Assembly: GCA_013239625.1 (NCBI GenBank)
Contig: MU053493.1
Span: 2,241,793-2,305,792 of the forward strand
DNA length: 64,000 nt
Origin: Lama guanicoe
Lineage: Eukaryota
Direction: 5' to 3'
In this document: positions 53,561 through 64,000 of the stretch, piece after piece
How the letters are laid out: every line of letters begins with the position of its first letter
How positions within the stretch are numbered: the first letter of the stretch is position 1
Notes under the pieces: generated by a model
Seen by the model: only the letters and a program-made list of their open reading frames with translations
Told to the model about the DNA's origin: nothing
Databases searched by the model: none
Program-made: the position numbers and the translations under genes

Positions 53561-54826
53561 AGAAAGCTCCTGAGAACAGGGGATGGGCCAGGACAGCATT
53601 CCCAGCTGGGCTCCACTGATCTGGCAAGGACCCAAGTAGGGGGAGATCTCTGTGTATCACTTACTTGTTTCTCAGAGTTAAATCCAGAGCCCTTGTGAAG
53701 TTCATCCTCACATGGTGGCCCTCAGCTCCAGCTCTAGACCCTGGAGCCCTTATTCCCAAGGCCATGGTCTCCACGCAGGAGGTTCTCTTTTGCGGCTGGA
53801 GCAGCTTCTAAGATCTCTGTCCCTGGGAGTCCTGCAGCATCTGAACTCCTCTCTTGTGGTCTGTGTACCTGTCCTGCTCCACATGGTTTGTGTCCAGTCG
53901 TTCTGCTCAGGGGGAGGCTCTGTCCTTCTGGGAGGGAGGACTCACTGTGCCTTTCTCAGATGCTCCAAGGCTGTGCCACCATGTCCCTGCACAGTTACTG
54001 TTCTCACTTTCAACCAGAACCCTGAGAGCACCTTTCCAGGGTCCAGCCACCCGGTGGGGGGAGCACCTCATGGTGATCTGGGTCCTCACGGTCTGTCAAG
54101 AGCTCCCGTTCACATCCCACCACTCCCTGGCAGCCGGTGCACTGGCCACATCAGTTGATGTACTGACCAGTGGCACCCATTCCATGGACATGTCCTCACT
54201 CAGCTTTTGTGATGACTCTCCTGTGAACTGGTTTAGTTTTCAAGAGCAGTTTAGGGGAGATTGAAATTCTGCCACCATGAACACATCCCCATAACATATT
54301 TTCTGAAAGGGACAAAACAAAGGACAAATAAATGAAAACACAAACCATGTTCTTGAATTGGAAGCTTTAATGTGACAAAACTGTCAGTGTTTCCAAAATT
54401 AATCTGTGACTGTCATGCAACTCAAATCCTGAAAGGGTATTACTGGAAACTATCCACAGACAGTTTAAAGTTCATACACAAAAGAGCCAAGGCACTTTTG
54501 AAAAAGAAAACATGATACTCTACATAAAATAGATAAACAACAAAGCCCTACTGTACAGCACAGGGAACTATAGCCAATATTTTATAATGACCTACAATGA
54601 AAAAGAATCTGAAAAAGAGTAGATGTATGTATGTATAGCTGAATCACCTTGCCACACACTTGAAACACTGTAAATTAACTATACTTCAATATAACAATTT
54701 TAAAAATTAAAAAAAAAACCAGTATGGAGGAGCACATCTTACCAGATAGTGAAACTCACCAGGATGCTGCCTTAATCAAAATAATGTGGTATTGACCCTA
54801 AAACAGACAATTAAGGGAGTAAAACT

Positions 54827-55081
54827 ACCACAGGAGGCTACGTACAGCATGGTGACCCTAGTTAACAACAATACTGTGTTGTGTATTTCAAAGTTGCTAA
54901 AAGACTAAACCTTAAAAGTTCTCAACACAAGGAAAAAAAATGTTGTAACTATATACGGTGACAAATGTTAAGCAGACTTGTGATGATCATTTTGCAATAT
55001 ATACCAGTATCAAATCATTATGTTGCCCACCTGAAACTAATATAATGTTGTATGTCAATTATATCTCAATTAAAAAAGTAA
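54827..55081 (+). mobile_element. L1MA-like 3' tail
   Basis: TSD aagRgagtaaaact at 54813-54826 and 55082-55095. Confidence 0.85.
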
Positions 55082-55096
55082 AAGAGAGTAAAACTG

Positions 55097-55413
55097 AGTA
55101 GTTTATCTCTGCCTGACTTACTTCACTTAGTATGATAATCTCTAGGACCCACCATGTTGCTGCAAATGGCATTATTTCGTTCTTTTTCGTGGCTGAGTAG
55201 TATTCCGTTGTATAAATATACCATATCTTCTTTATCCAGTCATCTGTTGATGGGCACTTAGGTTGCTTCCATGTCTTGGCTATTATAAACAGTGCTGCTA
55301 GGAACACTGGGGTGCATGTATCTTTTCAAATTAAGAGTTTTCTCCTGATATATGCTGTACAACAGAAACTAACACAACACTATAAATCAACTATATTTCC
55401 ATTTTTTAAAAAA
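55097..55413. mobile_element. 5'-inverted L1 (minus ORF2 end to about 55344, then a short plus tail)
   Basis: Minus peptide MFLAALFIIAKTWKQPKCPS...; plus tail tatgctgtacaacagaaactaacacaac...A tract. Confidence 0.78.
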
Positions 55414-55693
55414 AGACCAAATCATAAATATAGACTTATGATAAATCTGGGGGAAAAATACTGAATAGGGTCCAAAGCAGAAGCATTGTCTGAAAGCCAA
55501 TAAAGTTAGGTCCTTTTTTCACACTGTATATCAAATAAATTCTGGATGACTGAACATTGAATACAAATGGTAAAACGAAAACATTAGAAGGAAACGTAAA
55601 GGAATTTTTATGTGACCTCTGTCATTACAAATTTCTGACAACCCTCTTAACTAAGAGAAAAGAATCCAGACACTGTGAAAGAGAACACTAACA

Positions 55694-56661
55694 TGGGAAT
55701 GCAGTTTGGTGCAGCCATTGTGGAAAACGGTTTGGAGATTCCTCAGAAGACTAGGAATAGACTTACCATATGACCCAGGAATCCCGCTCCTGGGCTTAAA
55801 TCCAGAAGGAACCCTACTTCAAAATGACACCTGCACCCCAATGTTCTTAGCAGCACTATTTACAACAGCCAAGACATAGAAACAGCCTAAATGTCCATCA
55901 ACAGATGACTGGGTAACGAAGATGTGGAACATTTATACAATACTATTCAGCCATAAAAACCGACAACATAACACCATTTGCAGCAACATGGATGTTCCTG
56001 GAGAATGTCATTCTAAGTGAAGTAAGCCAGAAAGAGAAAGAAAAATACTATATGAGATCACTCATCTGTGGAATCTAAAAACAAAACAAAACAAAACATA
56101 TATACGAAACAGAAACAGACTCATAGAAATAGAATACAAACTTGTGGTTGCCAAGGGGGGCGAGGGGAGGGACAGACTGAGATTACAAAATGTAGAATAG
56201 ATAAACAAGATTATACTGTATAGCACAGAGAAATATATACAAGATCTTATGGTAGCTCACAGCAAAAACAAATGTGACAATGAATATATGTATGTTCATG
56301 TATAACTGAAAAATTGTGTGTTACACTGGAATTTGACACAACATTGTAATATGACTATAACTCAATTAAAAAATGTTAAAAATAAAAACTGTTCAAGTAA
56401 GAGAGGGCTTAGGGTGGTTTCAAAAACCATTTTCAAGCTTACGTCACTACAAGAGGACGTTTCCTCTGGGAGCTCGAATTTGAATGGATAAGGTCAGGTT
56501 TGTGTCAGTGGTAAATGCTTAGAGCTTATAAACATAACTACCCCTCCACACTATTGCAAATGCATTTTACTAATATGGCATTTTTTACTGGAAGGTAAAT
56601 GTCATGATAACTTTGACAGGTAGTGAATAAATCTGGTGGTGAAAATAACTCTATAAAAAAA
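55694..56661 (+). mobile_element. Young L1 3' end (to about 56388) plus 3'-transduced sequence and a second poly(A)
   Basis: TSD agaacactaaca at 55682-55693 and 56662-56673; AATAAA at 56626-56631. Confidence 0.88.
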
Positions 56662-58924
56662 AGAACACTAACAAATTTGACTATGTAAAAAGTTTTTAGA
56701 TTTTATGTATGGCAAAAGACACCAAAAATTAAGCCACATGAGAGATGAAAAACTTTAAGAAAATATTTGCAACATATAAGAAAAGTAACCATGGAAAGTC
56801 AGATCAGATGAAAGTGAAATACATCTTTATCTTCCATCAGATGAGTGCAATGCTAGGGAACGCAAACACCCTGTGCTGGTAAGAAGGGGGCAAAGGGGTA
56901 TCCTTAGGTGATGCTGCTGTCGGTCGGAGGGACTACTACCTTCTGTGGAATTAATCCAGCGATATGAAATGAAATTCCAAATTTGAATACTCTTTGACTA
57001 GCTATTCCACTTAGGGGAATTTATGCTAGGAAAACAAGCACTTGCCTCTAAGGCTAGCTAAGCAGCACTGTTTACAGAGATGCAAAACTGATACCGTCAG
57101 AATATTCCCAGCAGGAGAAAAACTGAAGAAATCACACAAATTCATACTGTAGACTTTTATGCAGTCATTAAAAATAACAAGAAGAAGGCTGAGTTATGGC
57201 TGGGAATATTTATTATACACTAAATTAAAAAAAAAAAAGACGTCACAGAGTAAGGTATCTGGTATAATCTCCTTGCAAGTTGGTCTCCAGGCCGTGGTGG
57301 GCAGGTACCAGTGTCATAACTCACAGCCACGCCAACACGCAAACCGGAAAAAACCACCATTTGTACAAAGGGCAGAGATGATATGTAAAATATGGTATGT
57401 ACTGTTTTCAAGGAATCTTAAAGGTGCTTGTGGCCAACTTCGCTTGAAGAAAGAAAACAAGCACCTTAAACAGCAGGTGTAAGGAGGAGGGGACAGTGCG
57501 AGATGGACCAAGGGCAGACGCTACCTGAAATCTCTAAAGTGCAACCAGGGCAGGTTGGGTTCACTGCCGTTCCCCAGAGCCTGCAGGACAGGAACGTTTG
57601 CACACAACAGACACTGTGGGATTACTCTGAATCGTGGGAAATTAGAATTAAGAGGTTATAGCTGTTGAAAGGAGTAACGCTGGACATGCAAACTGAATCA
57701 CTGTCTTACATATTTAACTCTTTAGACTAAAACGCAGTGGATGGACATTTTTTCACATCAATAGCTTTTCTACCGTGTCTGGTGAATGTCTTCCCTTTTA
57801 GGTTTGTTACTGAACCTTTGAAAATGCCCTTTGCAAGGGAGAAGGGGAGGCTCAGGGAGGAGCCAGGAAGCCCAGCTGAGTTACCAGTCTGCCACCTGTA
57901 GGCTGGTTCCAACAGACATACACTCAGGGCCCACTAGACAGACACCATGAAAACAATGCATACTAAATAATGCTAAAAATTGAGCAACAGATGTGTAATG
58001 ACTATATATAGTGGCCCATTTGAATCACGGCTACTGGGCTCTCGCTTCCAACCTCCTCACGTCTGTTGTTCCTAATCAGCTCTCCCAGACTCAACCTTGG
58101 TCTGAAATGAGCTCTTAAAATTAATACCCCCATTAGGATGAACGAACACACCTGTACCGATCAGGGTGTCACAGAGTCAGTTCTGCTTGGATCTCATTTT
58201 AAAAGCCATGCAATGAACTTCAAGAACAAAAGACCATTGCAAAATGACAACAACAACAACAAAAAGGAAAGCTGGACAGAATTTTTAAATCTCCAAACTC
58301 AAGAACAAATAGCAAACATTCATTACAAAGGCTCAGTCGGGATTTCTGGAGATGAAATAAAACCATTCTGGGTTTACAATTTAAACCTATCAGATGCACT
58401 CCAGCCCCATGAACCACATGTAGTTACAGACGCCAAGAGTTCTAAGAATGAGAAATATCTGCTCTGCATGTATTTTTCCTGTTTCCACATGTCCATTCTT
58501 TAATATAGAAAAAGCAACTTTCATCAAAAGGCTATAAAATGCGAAAAAAAAAAAATAACTCTTGGAGACAACCATTTGCTGTAATAGGATTTCCTGGTGG
58601 CTTTGCTCCTGTGGAGGTCTGTTGGTCACTGGCTTCTCCAATTTGGGGGTCAACAGCCTGAAAACCGGTCACCCTCGTGGTTGGGAAGCTCATTAAACAC
58701 ACCCTCCGACGCCGCCCACTGAGCACGTTCCCGCCGGACGCGGGACCCTCGAGGTCCCCGACGCTGAGGTGAGTAGCGGCCGACGCGGGGGCCGGCGGTT
58801 CCCGCCGCCAGGGCTGACCCACAACCCGACGGGACGCGCCTGGCACCTCAGTCACCAGCCAGGGCCGCCGCGAAAGCCAGGCGCGCGCGGAGCCGCAGCC
58901 CGCACCAAGTGCGCATCCGTCCTA

Positions 58925-59713
<789 letters not shown>

Positions 59714-59715
59714 GG

Positions 59716-59857
59716 NNNNNNNNNNNNNNNNNNNNNNNNNNNNNNNNNNNNNNNNNNNNNNNNNNNNNNNNNNNNNNNNNNNNNNNNNNNNNNNNNNNNN
59801 NNNNNNNNNNNNNNNNNNNNNNNNNNNNNNNNNNNNNNNNNNNNNNNNNNNNNNNNN
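59716..59857. other. Assembly gap (142 N) in the promoter/5' UTR
   Basis: Run of n inside extremely GC-rich sequence. Confidence 1.
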
Positions 59858-61124
59858 CAGGCGGGCGCAGGTGCGGTGCCCCGGGCCAGGCCTGGGCGCA
59901 CGCGCCCCCCGCGGGGGAGGGGCGTGGGGGCCGCAGGCGCGTCAAGGGCGCGGGCGGCAGCAGGCGGGGCCCTCGGCCCGAGGCGCGACGGGGCTTGGGA
60001 GCCGCAGGGGCCGAGCCCCGGACCGCCCTGGGCCAGCCCGGGAGTGGGGCGCGCGTCGCGGCGGCGGGGATCCAGGAGAGCGCCCGACTGTGGGGGCGGG
60101 GGCGGAGAGGAGGTGATTCCCAGAGCCGGTCCCAAGTGTGGCGGGCAGGAGCCTCTCTCGAATGCGGAATCTCGAGATCCAAGATGCTGCTTTTCTGCAG
60201 TTCCAGAATTTCTCAAGCCCCCGCTGAGAACTCGGCCCTGGAGGACTCAGCGTTGAAAAGATTATCAGCTCACAAACCGAAGTCTCTTGCCCACCTTTCC
60301 TTTGCAGGATTTTTCATACAAGTAAAAAGTTTGGGCTGAAAAATTGCACAAAACGAATGTAAATGAACAGTATCATTAAGGACCTAGGAAATCATCTTGA
60401 CTCCCTTTTGAGTTTTAAATAGCTGACTGTTTGCTTCTTTAGGGTGCCAAGAAAGCTTGGAAGTTTTGATTGTCATAATTTACCTTGTGGCCCTGTTGAT
60501 GTGACAGCTTTAAGATTGCTGGTGTTGAAAAGGGTTGTGTTGATCTATGAGAGACCCACCAGTTTCAGGCAGTCTGAAGAGGTCAGGCATAAAAATGCAA
60601 CATTCCTTGTAATAATAATGGGAAATGGTGGGTCCATCTTAACACAGCTGCCAGAGGGAACAGAGGGAATCCCCTGCTGGGGCTGGATCAGAAACACTGG
60701 GGAGTCTCGCCCCCAAATATTTCAGTTGCTGGTGCTTGAAATCTCATCTTTACAGATACTGATTCCTTTGGGGCTGATGAGCCTCTATTAAAATGCAAAT
60801 TCCTCTTGAAGGGGCAGTAGCTCAAGCCTTTATCAACCAGCACCTTCGCAGGGATAGGATTTATTTTCCAATTTAACAGGATGGCCCAGAGATGAACAGG
60901 AGGTGGAGAATACTGTAGATGTAGTGGCTGACCTCAGAATGCTGTCTTCTTTCCTCCAATTCTTATCTATAATGTGGCTGAGCCTCTGGCCAGCATCGTT
61001 GGAGGTACTGGACTACAAATTCAAATGCCCTGGACGCATTCTCTATCTAGAAATTTACAGGGCAGCACTTTTTAAGGGCTTGGAACTATACCAAACAAGA
61101 TCCTGGACTGCCAGGAAGCTCAGT

Positions 61125-61730
61125 TCTCACTCAGTCATGCATTTCTTCATTCCTCCGACAAAAGGACACAGAAGGCTCTCCAATCACCAGGGCACCCTTC
61201 TAAGCTCTTAGAGAACATTAGTGAACAAGTCAGCCCCTTGCCTTCCAGGTACCAGGTGAAAAGCAGAAGACAAGCATAACAAATAAGAAATTATGCAGAG
61301 TTTATTGACATTATGTAGAATTCAAAAAATAGAGTAAACACCCACTGAATGCCAGATCCTGAGAGGTGATGGTGAACAGAAGCAGCCAGACTTCCTGAAC
61401 TCAGAGAACTTCCAGTCTGGTGGGGAGACTGGCTGCTTGTGGATAATTGCTCTAAGGCCATTTGCAAATGAGTTCAGTGTCTCGGAGAATTCCACACAGC
61501 GCCAAAAAAATGAATAATAAGGAGCTTTGGAAAGAGCATTCTGACCACAATACAGAAAACATGTTAAAGGCTGCCCAAGAGAAGGTAGAGAGATCAGATG
61601 CTGTGGCTGTCATCTCGGGCAGAGGGGACAGTGTTGTGGATTAAGGTGGAGATGGTGAAGATACCCTGCATTGGATGGATTTGAAAGGTGGACGGGAGGT
61701 GTCAGTGATGAATTAAACATGAACCAAGAA
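61125..61730 (-). mobile_element. L2 fragments
   Basis: Runs ctcactcagtcatgcatttcttcattc...gaacttccagtctggtggggagac...gatggatttga. Confidence 0.55.
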
Positions 61731-62312
61731 TATAGGGGCTGCCAGTTGGCACACCATGGGAAGAGTCACCAAATACTGGAAACCTCCCATGAACGCCCGT
61801 TTATGTATCAGATATGCTTCCAAAATATACGGGAATCAGTTCTTTCTATTTATAAATGAACTGGATAAAGGGCCCCCAGGCAGCACAGTAGGGGATTTTG
61901 GTGTAGGTAGATTTTGATTTTGATGTAGGTCTACCTCCTAGGTGAAATGTGATTTGGGGGCTGAGGGAGAGACTGATCCAGAAATTAAAATTACTTTGAT
62001 CTTTTAAAAATCAATTCTGTATGTTGGAGAATTTTAAAATTCTGTTGTCTTCAATGCAGTAAATAATTAAAGTGAGCCAGTTTCCTGAACATAATGGAAG
62101 GAAGGAAGGAAGGAGGGAGGGAGGAAGGAAAGAAGGAGGGAAGGGGCTGGCAACTTTGACCTTCTGTGCTCCTTGGTGTTTTTCTCTTCCAAAAGACTGT
62201 AATAATACATGTCCTAGTGCTTTGGGAAATCCCTGGAGACCCCTGGAACCACCTTATAGCAACCTGTTCTTCTCCCTAGATCAGATGAGACTAATAGACT
62301 GAGACCATTGCT

Positions 62313-63030
62313 CTTTTGTTTTTAATTGACATATGGTCAGTTTACAATGTGTCAGTTTCTGGTGTACAGCATAATGTTTCAGCTGTACATATACATACAT
62401 ATATCTGTTTTCATATTTTTGATATTGAATATAGTTGTGGGACCTTGTTGTATATCTCTTTTATGTATAGTAGTTAATATCTGCAAATCTCGAACTCCCA
62501 ATTTATCCCTTCCCACCCCCTTCCTCCCCTGCCATAACCATAAGTTTGTTTTCTGTGTCTGTGAGCCTGTCTCTGTTTTGTAAGTAAGTTCATTTGTGTC
62601 CTTTTTTTAGGATGCCATGATATGTGATATCATATGATATTTTTCTTTCCCTTTCTGGCTTACTTCACTTAGTGTGATGATCTCCAGGTCCATCCATGTT
62701 GCTGCACATGGCATTATTTTATTGTTTTTTTATGGCTGAGTAGTATTCTATTGTGTATATGTGTGCATGTATATATGTATTGGTATGCATCTTCTTTATC
62801 CATTCATCTGTCAATGGACACTTAGGTTGCTTCCATGTCTTGACTGTTGTAACAGTGCTTTTATGAACATTGGGGTGAATGTGTCTTTTTGAATTAGGCT
62901 TTCCTCCAGATCTATGCCCAGGAGTGGGATTGCTGGATCATAGAGTAAGTCTATTTTTAGCTTTTTAAGGAAACTCCATACTGTTCTCCATAGTGGCTGC
63001 ACCAAACTATGTTCCCATCAAAACTGTAGG
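62313..63030 (-). mobile_element. Young L1 3' end
   Basis: Minus peptide VQPLWRTVWSFLKKLKIDLLYDPAIPLLGI plus the 3' UTR. Confidence 0.92.
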
Positions 63031-63649
63031 AGAGAGGAACACTGTTTCATAGGTGCTTGCAATCCTTTAAGGTACCTGGCATAGTCGTTAGTAGATTATT
63101 GTATTTAATTAATATTTATTCAATTGAATTCTCTATCCTAAACTCTGTGCTAAAAGTAACTTTTTAATCCTTTTGAGCTACTGACTAGAATTTTGTGAGC
63201 AGCCCCAGAGAAGTAAAGGATGCTGGATTACTCAGGAAAGGCAATGAGGCTAAGAAATCAGTTCCACTTAAATTAACTCAACGAGCACTGTTAGGTCAGG
63301 TTATTAGAAACATAGATTGTAATGATTTCATTAGAAGAAGCAGTTGTTCTTATTTGCACACACTGACTCAAACAAAATTATGCAGGAGAGAAATGTTTTG
63401 CCTTCAGGGAAAATGTATCAAAATTATGAGTCAAGCCACGTGAGATTGGAGAATTCTCATCCATCAGCTGAGCAGAAAATAATGGAGTCAAATTTATCAT
63501 TTGGTTTTGAAGTATGAGAGTCACCTTCAACCAGAACTCCTTGAATAGCTTTTGTTTTTTCTTTTTTAAGCACGAAGCAAAAGTCAAACACTTTGCTCAC
63601 ATGAATGGGAAGTCTCTGGGAAACTAAACATCAGGACTTACTAATCTTT

Positions 63650-63846
63650 TTTTCACGTATATATGTTTTTATTGAAGTACAGTCAGTTTACAATGTTGTG
63701 TCAGTTTCTGGTGTACAGCATAATGCTTCAGTCATACACGAATATACATATATTTGTTTTCATATTCTTTTCCACCATGTGTTACTACCAGATATTGAAT
63801 ATAGTTCCCTGTGCTCTACAGTATAAACTTGTTTATTTTATATATA
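63650..63846 (-). mobile_element. Short young L1 3' tail
   Basis: TSD aggactYactaatcttt at 63633-63649 and 63847-63863. Confidence 0.9.
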
Positions 63847-63922
63847 AGGACTCACTAATCTTTAGTGTCAGTTACATGACTGGCCCCACTTTTCACAGCA
63901 GCAGCACATTGCTGGGACATAA

Positions 63923-63971
63923 TTCTTAGGAGATATGTTGGCCTTTCTTAGGAGATATGTTGGCCTTTCTT
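63923..63971. repeat. Perfect 22-bp tandem duplication (ttcttaggagatatgttggcct x2 plus ttctt)
   Basis: Directly visible in the sequence. Confidence 0.95.
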
Positions 63972-64000
63972 GTACAAGTAAGCTGCATGCTCAGTGACAG

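Overview
Mammalian genomic DNA, very likely camelid (alpaca/camel lineage). The assignment rests on 13 copies of a tRNA-Ala-derived SINE of the vic-1 type and many young L1 3' ends of one lineage. The only supportable coding feature is the first coding exon of ENTREP2/FAM189A1 (minus strand, 59566-59348, 73 codons, GTGAGT donor). It lies in a CpG island that contains a 142-nt N gap. Positions 1-59347 are most likely its long first intron; I found no second exon. Positions after about 60200 are upstream sequence. The rest is L1, SINE, MaLR LTR, L2, MIR and DNA-transposon relics. I found no novel protein-coding system. The notable signals are retrotransposition mechanics: an L1 3' transduction of about 270 bp, a double-tailed L1 inside one TSD, three 5'-inverted L1s, two short orphan inserts and two identical SINE heads 21 kb apart. 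There are also L1 relics shifted strongly towards GC. Repeat family names are recalled from consensus sequences, not from a database search, and many boundaries are approximate.
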